A stretch of DNA of 64,000 bases from Geosiphon pyriformis uo1 (taxonomy: Eukaryota > Fungi > Glomeromycota). The stretch lies in the NCBI GenBank assembly GCA_016748015.1, contig JAAOMT010000309.1:219266-283265 (forward strand), read 5' to 3'. This document shows positions 1-11,900 of the stretch, piece after piece; position 1 is the first letter of the stretch, and each line of letters begins with the position of its first letter. A model generated the notes under the pieces. It made no database searches. It had not been told where the DNA came from and saw only the letters and a program-made list of their open reading frames with translations. The position numbers and the translations under genes are program-made.

Positions 1-191
1 GGCCAATTTTTTTGTGAACATAGCATTGATAGCATCAGACACCAAAGGGATAACAAAAAGATTAGTAAGTTGAGAAATTGTGAAAACCGAGCAAAAATAA
101 AAGATAAGAACAGATATAAAAAACAAAAACTTCTTCAAAAAATGCATTATTTCAGGAATTTAGAATGTAGGGAAAAAAGAAGTTTTTTTTT
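1..191 (-). mobile_element. 5' end (5'UTR and first ORF1 codons) of a LINE running off the window start; second copy at 8964-9115
   Basis: The reverse complement starts A-run+cttcttttttccctacattctaaattcc, similar to the LINE 5' end at ~1680 (A-run+cttctttcttttatttattccaaattc), and leads into ATG TTC ACA AAA AAA. Confidence 0.55.
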
Positions 192-194
192 AAT

Positions 195-760
195 ATTTAA
201 TCCAATTTGGCAAATTCTACTATAGTCTTTTACTATAGCTTAATTAATTATAATTTGATAAATACAATTTGACCAAATTTGACTACTGTAGTAATAATTA
301 TTTTTTTTAGCATATCTATAAATTTTTTTTGATTATTACAGCTTAATTTGAATGTATTTCTTGTTTTTTAAGATTATTATTTATAATAAATATCTTTTTT
401 TTTAGCCAATGACACAGCTTTTTTTACGTTTTTTTCTGTATAAATATTGATCTAATAATTTTTTTAAATTTTGAGAAAGTAATAGTCTTCTAAAACCATT
501 GATTATTGAAAAAATTTTCTTGATTACTTGAGTTTTTACTGTTACTAACTTGTTTTTTACAGCTAAAAGATTAATATTTAAAGCAAAAAATTTCTTAATA
601 GTTATTTCAACTTGAATTTTTATTATCTTAAAGTTAATTTGTTTTTTGTTTAATGAAATATTAGAAGAAAATAAAAAAAAACAATTTTTTTTTCTATATT
701 AAAAACAAAAAAGCTAAGAAAAAAGCCACAATTCAAACCAGAAATTATTTTTTTGGTCTT
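195..760 (-). pseudogene. Heavily eroded LINE ORF1 relic (duplicated at ~9120-9690)
   Basis: Minus-strand translation gives KKFFALNINL..KIFSIINGF..NNNLKKQEIHSN*AVIIKK..KTIVEFAKLD, homologous to ORF1 KKSFTLDINL..KLFSKINSF..NSNLKKSSGHSDQTVVLKE..KAIVEF. Confidence 0.7.
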
Positions 761-1792
761 AAAAATAGTAATAGTTAAATCCAAAAAATGCTTTTATTAA
801 TACCAGTTATGAAATTATTGTTTTTATTATTATTAAACTTATTATTTATCTGAATAAACACTACTATCAGAACTAGATCTAATCAAGGAAATATTTTTCT
901 CATTACTAAAGTATTTAACATATTAAAAATGATTTTTTTTTTTGAAAAAAATAGCTTTTAATAAGATCATAAATGTTTTTTTGGGCATTTTTTTTAGACA
1001 TACTACTATTTAAAACAGTTTCCAAGTTCACAATAAAAGGTTATTAGCTTAAAAAATATTAAAAAAAAAAACAAAAAACTTTTTTTTCAAAATTATGCTC
1101 TTTGGAAAATTTAAAACATAGAAAAAAAAAAGATTGAACTTAATTTAAATTAAATTATATTTGTTAATACCAATATTAAAAATAATAAAAAACTATTAAT
1201 TTTAATTTTATAGAAAATTAACAAAAAAAATTAGTATTAAAAAAGATTTTGGCTTTTTACTAATAATAATATGTTTTTAGCAAGATTATGTTAAATATTA
1301 ATTATAAAAAATTATATAATATAATTAAAAATTTGCCAAATAGCAAAATTATTAAATTGTTTAATTAAAACTGTTAAAAAAATTTTTTATGATTTTGTTT
1401 AATTATTTTTTGGCTGTTTACAGCAAATTTAATATTTTTTAAGTANNNNNNNNNNNNNNNNNNNNATTAATAATTTGTTAATTTTTATTGCAAAAATAAA
1501 TTTTTTATAAATATTTATTTATTTATTAATAAATAATTTGTTTAAATTTAGTATAATTAAAATATAAATTTTTTGTTAATATAATAAGATATATTAATTA
1601 AAAAAAATTTAAAATTTAAAGTAAATTTATCAATAAATTTTTTTTTAAGTTATTTTTTATTTGTTACAAGACAAATAGCAAAAAAAAACTTCTTTCTTTT
1701 ATTTATTCCAAATTCTCAAAGAAGAGCCTAAATATTTTTTGAAAGAAGTTTTTTCTATTTTCATCATTCAATATACTAATTCCAAACTGTTT

Positions 1793-3634
1793 GTGCTTGA
1801 CTACAAGGCCATCATTGGCCCTAGTATTATAGTTCTAAACAAGTCAATTATGGAGCCTAGTTTTAACATTGGTATCAAGTCTGCTGAGTCTAAAAAAAAG
1901 AGAAAAGGTGGTGTTTTGAAGGATAATATTATTAATAAAAAATTTGCTACTGCTAAAATGTTAAGTAGTCATTCTTGAGGTTCTAAAACTGGTGATACTA
2001 CTGAGTCTAATAGTATGAATATGGAGAAAAAATGTTTAGTTGAGGAAACTAGCTTTGACTATGGAGATGGTGGAGCTCTTACTGGAGAGAACTCAAAGCA
2101 AATATCTAAAAGTTCAAAGATTCATACCAAAAAGACACTTGGGAAGCCACTGAGGAAAATTAACTTCTTGGGTGATAATATTAATGATATACTTTTGGAC
2201 AAACCTGTGGTTCTCTCTCTTTCTTTGAAGAATTTAGTCAATGTTTCTGTCAAGAAGTCTTTCACTTTGGATATTAACTTGAATAATATTGTTGAGAAAT
2301 CTGTTCAAGAAAAGCTTGTGGTTGTCAGAAAATTGTTTTCAAAAATCAATAGTTTTGGAGAGGCCTCTACCCCCTCAAAATTTGCTGGGATCATCAGAGC
2401 AATGTTTACTTTCAAATTGAGTCTGGTGCAGGCTTCTAAAAAGGCTGTAGAAGCAAAGATCTTGGTAAACTCCAATCTCAAAAAATCATCTGGGCATTCA
2501 GATCAGACTGTGGTATTAAAAGAAATTCCTGTTGAAACATTAACTGAAGCTGTGCGTACTGCACTATCTGGTTTTGGTGTAGTAATGTCAATCAAAATGC
2601 AGTTGGTGGGTTTGTAACAAAAGACTATAGTTGAATTTAGTAAGAGTGAACAGGCTAATTTAGTTGCTGCTTGTTGGTCTATCTTAATTGGGAAAGATGC
2701 TGTACATGTGATCAGGGCTGATTGAGACAAAGAATTGTGAAACACAAGAGATCAACATAGGACTTTGCTCTATACTCTACCAATAGAAACGACTGTTTAT
2801 AACATCTGAGACTATATTGGCTCTGTAAATAGAAAAACATGTACAATAGATTATCATCCTATTATGTATGCTCAGGCCAAATGCACTGTTGTTTGTTTTG
2901 AATCGGCCAATTCCTTGAATGCTGTTATGGAAACTACTTCAGTTTTAAGGGGTGTGAATATGCATTGGTCTCCTTTGGGTTTTTCTAAATGTGCTAAATG
3001 TGGGAGATTGGGTCATATATCTTTGGGCTGTGCTGTAAGTAAAAATTTTTCCTCTAAGAAACCTTCTTGCAGACTTTTCTTAGACATAGATAAAAGCAGA
3101 TTGGCAATCATCTATGCCAAGCATTTGGCTTCAATTGCTCATCCTATTGCTTTTGGTGGGGTTTTTTGGGCAAAAATTGCTGGTGGAAATGCTTTTTCCC
3201 CTCTTCCTGTGTGAAAAGTGTCAATCAATTCTGGCTTCTCTTTAGAGATGAAGCCTATTCTCCCTGATATGAGTGATGTTGAAAAAAAGTTTGCTGTTTT
3301 GGAAAGCAGTTTTGCCAGCCTCGTGGGACAAATTAGTAAGTTGGCTAAGAGGTTGAACTTATTTATGCTAGCAGTTTCCCAGCCTAGCCCTAGATATTAG
3401 CTGCCAGTAACCTTCCCATTACAGGATCAGGTGAGTGATATAGTGATGAAAGAAGGTTTGAGTGAGGCCACAAGTGGTGAAACTGCTGCGACTTTGGACT
3501 CTTTTGCTTCTTCTGAAGTAAAAAGATTGGAAAACATGTTAGAAAAACTTTCTGCTTTGGTTTTAAGTCTTACAGCGAGATTTAATGGTTCAATTTTGGC
3601 TGGCAGTGCATTTTCCAAAACTTCTTCTCAATGA
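1793..3634 (+). pseudogene. LINE ORF1p (RRM-like region, CCHC knuckle, coiled coil), premature stops; start position approximate
   Basis: ORF fragments 1739-3634 are all in one frame; CAKCGRLGHISLGC knuckle at ~2990-3032; stops sit at likely former TGG/CAG codons. Confidence 0.85.
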
Positions 3635-6600
3635 CCAGTCTAGTTTGGAAGATTGCCATATACAATGTTAAGGATTTGAATAATCCTGCAAAACAGCATA
3701 ATGTAATTCATTGGCATAAAGAGAAGAACAATTTGATTTCTATTGTTATTGAAACTAAGTTAAAGGGCAAGATCCACTCATAAATCATGAATAAATTTGA
3801 TAGTGTTTGGGTTTTCACATCTGGTTTGTACTCTGGTCATTTGAGTTCTGATGTTGTGATTATCATGGACAATTCTTTAGCAAGACATGTGTGTAAGGTT
3901 TCCGAAGTTTTTGGTGGACTCTTTTCTCTCAAGTTACTCTTTAAGAATAATTTTTCTGTGTCAATTTTGGGACTCTATGCTGGTGCTTCATTGGTGGTTT
4001 GGTTTTTTCAGACTAGTAAAATCAACTCTTTTATTGCAAAGGCAGTAAATGAGTTCTCTTTTGTTATTTTAAGTGGTGATTTCAATGAAAACGGGACCCA
4101 AAAGTGTGCTAGTTTTAAGAAGTGCTTTGATTTGGGTTTAGTTAATTCTCTAAGGGAAAGTTTGTTTGTCAAGATGCCTATGTGAACCAATTCTTGTGGT
4201 GTCGCTAAAGCTTTCGATTACATTCTTATTTCTTCATATTTAGTTAATGCTGTAGTAGATGGTAGTGTGGCTGATGTTGAGGACTATTTTAATACCAATC
4301 ACAAAGCTATTTATGCTTCTATGGGTTTGGGTGGTTTGTTTGATATCTATTTGGGTTTAATATACAAGCAGGTAAATAAGGATTACTGGAAGTTTGATGT
4401 CAAAAGTGCAGATGAAGCAAAATAGAATGAATTTAAAGATGCTACTGCAGCCAATACTGCTATGTTCTTGGATGAGTTTGAGTCAGCCAGAAAGTTCTCT
4501 GATTTAGATGCTATGTGAAATATTGTTTGCAAAGTAATAATCTTTTTAGCTAATAGTGCTTTTAAGAAGAAATGGTTTAAGGGTTATAATGGAGTGTTTA
4601 TTAAAGAGTTTTCCAAGTTATATAACTTGGAGATTTTGGTTTCAAAAATTGTCAAGACTTCTCGCAAAGTGGGCTTTGGCAGATTTGAGTCTCTGTTAAG
4701 ATGTTGGGTTTCTATAAATAATAACAAAGCTTCTGTTGTTTGGAATCTTGTGAGTTCTGGTGCAAGTTTGGATTGTATCTATTCTGCTCTTTGTGGTGTA
4801 AGAAGGTTTTATTATGTCTCTAAGCTTGCTAAGTCTTTGCAAGCTAAGAAGTTGGGCATTAGATTAGCTATTGAAAAAAGAATGGAGAGTTTTGTGGTCA
4901 ACAAAGGCCACACAATCCATAGTGTTTTGGAATGTCCATTCCACAAAGTGGTATTGGATCATTTGGTTTCTGATAATGGTTTGATTTTGGACTCAGTAGA
5001 AGTTAAAAATAAGGTAGATGGTATTATGGAGGATTAGATGAGGAAGAGGACCATGCTAAAAAGTGTTCCTGATTTGTGGCAGCATCAATACCTGTTATTG
5101 GATTATGTCAACAATAATGCTTTTTCTGGTGTAATGAATGCTATTAGTTTGGATGACTTGATGTGTGTAATTAAGGATTTACCAGATGGTAAAGCTGCTG
5201 GCTTGTCTGGTATTTCAAATAAACTTTGGAAACATTGTAATGATTCTGTGCTAGACTTGCTTCTGGATCTTCTGAATATTTGTTTAATGTGTGAGTCAGT
5301 TCTCTGCTGTTAAAAAGAAGCTTGAGTGTCAATGATTCCCAAGCCTTATGAGTGGGAGGATATCTTAACAAATACTAGACCAATTGCTTTAATTGAGACT
5401 GCTTGTAAGATTCTTTTTAAGTTGCTGTCTGACAGGATTTCATCAGCATGTGGTCTATTCAATGTACTTTATGGAAACAATTTTCTGTGCTTAAGAGCAC
5501 TACTACTCAGTCTCTTATTTTTGTTATTGGTTTGGTTGTAGAAAATGCTTTGGAGAAGAATTATGAACTTTGGCTTGTGCTGCAAGATATGTGTAAAGCC
5601 TATAACTTTGTGGGTTGGCATCACTTGTATAATAGTTTGGTTTGGATCAAAATGTGTAAACATTTTATTAGGTTTTTTGGCTCTATTCACAATGACTGTG
5701 TTAATTGGGTTATGACTGATTTTGGTCTTACTAATGGGTATTGGGTGCATGATGATCTTAATTAAGGTGAAGTCTTTTCTCCTTTGCTGTGAAGAATTTT
5801 TTACGACCCTCTTCTGTGTGAGGTCAAAAGACAAGAAAGTTTGTATGAATACAGTATTGATACTAAGTTTGTAGCTAGAACAAGTAGAATAGAACACCAA
5901 GACAGTTTGACTTTGTTTCTGGCTGCTGGTGCATTTGTAAATGATACTATTTGGGTGGGTAGCAGTCAGGTTGTCACTCAGTATATCTTGAATACAGCAA
6001 GTGAATTTTTCAGAGTGAACAACATTTCTATTAATAACAAGAAAACTGTAGCCATTCCAATCAATCAGAGAGTTAGTAATATATTATTGTTAATTAGTGG
6101 TCTGCCAATTTCAATTGCTCGCAGAAAGAAGTTTTATCAGTACTTTGGCATTTATTTGTTATCTAAGAGTTTGTCCAAACAAAGTTTGGCTAAGGTGCAT
6201 CCAAACATCAAGTTTTTGTCAATTTGGTTCTTAAGAAAGCTATTTCAGACAAACAGTTTCTTTATCTAGTGTCAGCTGTATTACAACCCATTGTCAGTTA
6301 TAGGACTCAGTTTAGCTTCATTTCTAAAAATGTGTGTATGAAATGAGATATGTTGATTAAGAGAGAGTTGAGACTTAAGGCTGGTCTTCCAAGAGACTTT
6401 TCCAATGAGGCTCTTCACCATTCTTCTTTGTATGGCTTGAAATCTTTTAAGCAGTTGTAAACTAAGTGCAAAGTGGCTTTTGTGTTGTGTTTCTTAAATA
6501 CTAGTGGTGTTCTTGGTCGTTTGTTCAATCATAGGTCTCTGGATCTTCAGATTCTGGGTTGTTCACCTATTCACTCTCTATGTTGTCTGATTAGATTGCA

Positions 6601-7835
6601 TATTAGTCTGGTCAATAATTTTTTGGCAGGTGTTATTAGAATTTTTTTGAACTATGACATGTCTCTTGACAATCTCTCTGTTTCTGCATTTGGCTTTCTT
6701 GGTAGAACACTAATATCTACTTTTATAATGTTTCTTCTTCTCTCAAAAAGTTTGGGGTTGCTTTTGCTGAGCAGTTATATATCAAAAAAGATTTGATTTT
6801 TGATTGGAAAACCTTTCATCATTGGAAGAAACTTGATCCAAGGGGTCCTGTCCTTCGTTGGTTCATTTTGGTTTGTGATTTTTTGGTTTGATCTTTTCTT
6901 TCTGATGATTTGCATGTTAAAAGTTTGTGGACTATAAATGTTTGCAGCTCAGGTACAGTTTCCAGATTGGGCCAGTATTTTTCTTCTGCAAATATGAAAG
7001 TTGTTAATGTTTATACTGATGGATTGTTAAGGGATTTGGGTTTATGTGAAATGAAGTGTGATGCTGCTGCTTACTTCTTGGATTTGGATTTGGGTATTGG
7101 TGCTAAGGTTGGTGGATTGGTGTCTTTGACTATGGTAAAACTGCAGACAATTGCTTTGGCTTTGGAGTGTGTTCTCTCTGATAGTTTAGTAGTGGTTTAT
7201 TCAGAAAGTCAGGCTGCTTTGGATGCATGTGTGGCTGAATCTGCTCTGGTGTCTCTAGATTTCTGCAACTACTGTTGGATGGAATAGCATAGCATTGTCA
7301 ATTTAATTAGAGAAAAGCAGCTTGATGTTTCTTGGCATAAGATAAAAGAACATTTGGGTGTTATAGGTAATAAACGTGTTAATGAGTTAGCCAGGTCTGG
7401 CAATGAACTCTTCTTTGGCACTTCCTGTTTTGGTTAAGAAGAAATTTATCAAGACTGGCAGAGTGGCAGTGTCTGAGAACATTCATCATTTTGCCCATGA
7501 GATTTTCAAATCTATTAATCATGTTTGTTGGGAGATTGGTTCTGGTTTCAATGTTATTGATGATAGTTTATGTGGTAATGTGAACTGGTTTTATACTGCT
7601 TTGGTATGGTACCCTGACTTCCATATGGCAACTGGCTTTACTAGTAAATCTACAGCTGGTTTGTGTTCTTATTTTTTAAAGACCTTCCACTGCCATTTTC
7701 TGATTGCTGTACAGAAGCATTTGTATAGTAAGATCTACCTGAGTGTTTTGTGTTTGCACTGTGGTGAAGTGGAAAGTTCTGACCACTCCTTTGTTTGTAT
7801 ATTTGACTCTGATGCTCATAAAAGCATTTTCAAGT
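3631..7835 (+). pseudogene. LINE ORF2p: apurinic endonuclease, reverse transcriptase, RNase H, C-terminal CCHC finger (disrupted)
   Basis: APE WKIAIYNV..ETK..GDFN; RT KAAGLSG, TRPIALIE, QDMCKAY, AFVNDTIW; RNase H VYTDG..YSESQAAL..WHKIKEH..GN; CLHCGEVESSDHSFVC. Confidence 0.92.
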
Positions 7836-7855
7836 NNNNNNNNNNNNNNNNNNNN

Positions 7856-8660
7856 TTTATTATGATTGTTATTTTCAATCATATTATCATTTTTGCTTCA
7901 AACTTTATTATCATTATTATTTTCAATCCTACTGTTATTATTGTTCCCAATGTCACTTCTAATATTTTTGTTGCCAAACCTGTACTTATTTTTACCACTC
8001 TTATTTATAATAACAGTAGAATTTGAAATAACTGAATTGGAGGGTCTTTTGATAGGCTTAATAGAAATAAAAAAACAAAGAAAAGAAGAACTGAAATAAA
8101 TCTGTATACTTTGTGCTTAAATATTGATATTGATGTGGAAATTTTTTATTTTTTAAAAAATTCAATATCCAAATAATAGATTTTGAAGAAAAATTTTCAA
8201 AATAAACACACTTATTTTACAACAAAATATTAAAATGTTTATTAAGTTAATTATTAAGCCAAATTTCTGACTCTCTAATTTGTGCAAATTTTTTAGTAAT
8301 TTGCACTTCAGAGTAATATGTTATATACCTTTTTTTTCTATTTGCAATTAAACTAGCTTTTGTTAAGCAGACATACAACTGTTAGCAAAATATTTTGTGA
8401 TTAAATTGATGTAAATATTATTATTCAGCAATAAATATATAAAATTATATACTTATCACTTACTTTATAACTGCCTTATACATGTACACAAATTTAGGCA
8501 TATCCAACCAGTCTTTTGATAGAGAATAGTAATCAACTTTGAATAATCTATATGCATCTAAAAAAAATATTCAAATATGTTAAGAGATTATGCTTACACT
8601 TAGTTTAAAGCATTATATTACAATTCATATCATAAAAGTCAAGCATCATTAATAATACTC
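7856..8660. repeat. Dispersed repeat family B (eroded, unidentified)
   Basis: 7856-7977 matches 23397-23518; 8377-8660 matches 52062-52347. Confidence 0.8.
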
Positions 8661-8943
8661 CCTTATAAGTCAATTTGATCTTAAAAATAATACCAAACAC
8701 CAAAAAAGAGACCACCCATTTAGCAAATTTTTAATAATTAGCAATAGTTTCTTAAGCACTATTAGTAAAAACACCAGAAATCAAAAGAAAAGATGATTTA
8801 ATATCTATTTAGTTAGTCCAGTTCTCAAGAACAAGTAACACTACAGAAGTTGATTGTTTTGCTTCTAAAACTGGCAATAATTTGCCAGAAGACATCACAT
8901 TTGGCAATACAACCAGTGGTTAATTTTGGCCTATAATATGTCA
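8661..8943 (-). mobile_element. Internal fragment of a second copy of the ORF1-only (HAL1-like) element
   Basis: Colinear similarity to ~20027-20310 within the element at 18530-20815. Confidence 0.8.
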
Positions 8944-8963
8944 NNNNNNNNNNNNNNNNNNNN

Positions 8964-11900
8964 CACTAAAGGAACAACAAAAAGATTAGTAAGTTGAGAA
9001 ATTGTGAAAACTGAGCAAAAATAAAAGATAAAAACAGATATAAAAAACAAAAACTTCTTCAAAAAATGCATTATTTCAGAAATTTAGAATGTAGGGAAAA
9101 AAGAAGTTTTTTTTTAATATTTAATCCAATTTGGCAAATTCTACTATAATCTTTTACTATAGCTTAATTAATTATAATTTGATAAACACAATTTGACCAA
9201 ATTTGACTACTGTAGTAATAATTATTTTTTTTAGCATATCTATAAATTTTTTTTGATTATTACAGCTTAATTTGAATGTATTTCTTGTTTTTTAAGATTA
9301 TTATTTATAATAAATATCTTTTTTTTTAGCCAATAACACAGCTTTTTTTATGTTTTTTTCTGTATAAATATTGATCTAATAATTTTTTTAAATTTTGAGA
9401 AAGTAGTAGTCTTCTAAAACCATTGATTATTGAAAAAATTTTCTTGATTACTTGAGTTTTTACTGTTACTAACTTGTTTTTTACAGCTAAAAGATTAATA
9501 TTTAAAGCAAAAAATTTCTTAATAGCTATTTCAACTTGAATTTTTATTATCTTAAAGTTAATTTATTTTTTGTTTAATGAAATATTAAAAGAAGATAAAA
9601 AAGAACAATTTTTTTTTCTATATTAAAAACAAAAAGGCTAAGAAAAAAGCCACAATTCAAACCAGAAATTATTTTTTTGGTCTTAAAAATAGTAATAGTT
9701 AAATCCAAAAAATGCTCTTATTAATACCAATTATGAAATTATTGTTTTTATTATTATTAAACTTATTATTTATCTGAATAAACACTACTATTAGAACTAG
9801 ATCTAATCAAGGAAATATTTTTTTTATTACTAAAGTATTTAATATATTAAAAATAATTTTCTTTTTTTGAAAAAAATAGCTTTTAATAAGATCATAAAAG
9901 TCTTTTTGGGCATTTTTTTTAGATATACTACTATTTAAAACAGTTTCCAAGTTCACAATAAAAGGTTATTAGCTTAAAAAATATTAAAAAAAAAAACAAA
10001 AAACTTTTTTTTCAAAATTATGCTCTTTGGAAATTTAAAACATAGAAAAAAAAAAGGTTGAACTTAATTTAAATTAAATTAAATTTGTTAATACCAATAT
10101 TAAAAATAATAAAAAACTATTAATTTTAATTTTATAGAAAATTAACAAAAAAAATTAGTATTAAAAAAGATTTTGGCTTTTTACTAATAATAATATGTTT
10201 TTAGTAAGATTATGTTAAATATTAATTATAAAAAATTATATAATATAATTAAAAATTTGCCAAATAGCAAAATTATTAAATTGTTTAATTAAAACTGTTA
10301 AAAAAATTTTTTATGATTTTGTTTAATTATTTTTTGGCTGTTTACAGCAAATTTAATATTTTTTAAGTAAAAAATTTAAAAACTTTAATTGATTTATAAG
10401 ATATGTTAAATTTTTTGAAAATTTTACAATAATTATGTAAATAAAATAATAACAAATTTTAATTTAATTAATAATTATATAATAAATAATAGTTTAGATT
10501 AAGATAAAATTTTTTTTTTAGTTTTTAAAAAAAATTTTATGATTTTTTTTTGTTTAAAGTAAAAAAACATAAATACTTATGTAATTATAAAATAAATTTT
10601 AAGTTTATTATTAAAACTGATAAAATTAAAATACAAACTAGTTTGATTTTATACTTAATAATTAAATATTTATTAAAAATTAAAAATAATAAAATTATTA
10701 TTTAATATATTTTAAATATTACAAATAAATTTTTATTATTAATAATATCTTAATAAATATTAACAAAATAATAACTATTGACTAAAAGATTAAAAAAGTT
10801 TTTCTGCTAATTAATAATTTGTTATTTTTATTGCAAAAATAAATTTTTTATAAATATTTATTTATTTATTAATAAATAATTTGTTTAAATTTAGTATAAT
10901 TAAAATATAAATTTTTTGTTAATATAATAAGATATATTAATTAAAAAAAATTTAAAATTTAAAGTAAATTTATCAATAAATTTTTTTTTAAGTTATTTTT
11001 TATTTGTTACAAGACAAATAGCAAAAAAAAACTTCTTTCTTTCATTTATTCCAAATTCTCAAAAAAAAGCCTAAATATTTTTTGAAAGAAGTTTTTTCTA
11101 TTTTCATCATTTAATATACTAATTCCAAACTGTTTGTGCTTGACTACAAGGCCATCATTGGCCCTAGTATTGTAGTTCTAAACAAGTCAATTATGGAGTC
11201 TAGCTTTAACATTGGTGTCAAGTCTGCTGAGTCCAGAAAAAAGATAATATTGGTAATAGAAAATTTGCTACTGCTAAGGTGTTAAGTGGTCATTCTTGGG
11301 ATTCTGAAACCGGTGATACTACTAAGTCTAATAGTATGAATATAGAGAAAAAATGTTTAGTTGAGAAAACTAGCTTTGACCATGGAGATGATGGAGCTCT
11401 TACTAAAGAGAACTCAAAGCAAACATCTAAAGGTTCGAAGATTCATATCAAAAAGGCACTTGGGAAGCCACTGAGGAAAATTAACTTCTTGGATAATAAT
11501 ATTAATGATATACTTTTGGACAAACCTGTGGTTCTCTCTCTTTTTTTGAAGAATTTAGTCAATGTTTCTGTCAAGAAGTCTTTCACTTTGGATATTAACT
11601 TGGATAATATTGTTGAGAAATCTGTTCAAGAAAAGCTTGTGGTTGTCAGGAAATTGTTTTCAAAAATCAATAGTTTTAGAGAGGCCTCTATCCCCTCAAA
11701 ATTTGCTGGGATCATCAAAGCAATGTTTACTTTCGAATTGAGTCTGGTGCAGGCTTCTAAAAAGGCTGTAAAAGCAAAGATCTTGGTAAACTCCAATCTC
11801 AAAAAATTATTTGGGCATTCAGATCGAACTGTGGTATTAAAAGAAATTCCTATTGAAACATTAACTGAAGCTGTGCATGCTGCACTATCTGGTTTTGGTG

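Larger units (their letters stand above)
39..7835 (+). repeat. Segmental duplication unit A, copy 1 (matches 8964-17155)
   Basis: Colinear near-identity with 8964-17155, including the AT-rich flank and the LINE; differences are mostly transitions. Confidence 0.95.
1668..7835 (+). mobile_element. LINE (non-LTR retrotransposon) copy 1, inactivated; 3' end lost in N gap
   Basis: ORF1 plus APE-RT-RNaseH-CCHC ORF2 broken by stops; colinear with the full-length copy at 11011-17735. Confidence 0.93.

Noticed and set aside
3631-7835. Alternative genetic code (TGA=Trp) or stop readthrough explaining broken ORFs
   Set aside because: Stops include TAA and TAG, differ between copies, and map to TGG/CAA/CAG/CGA in sister copies, so they are mutations.
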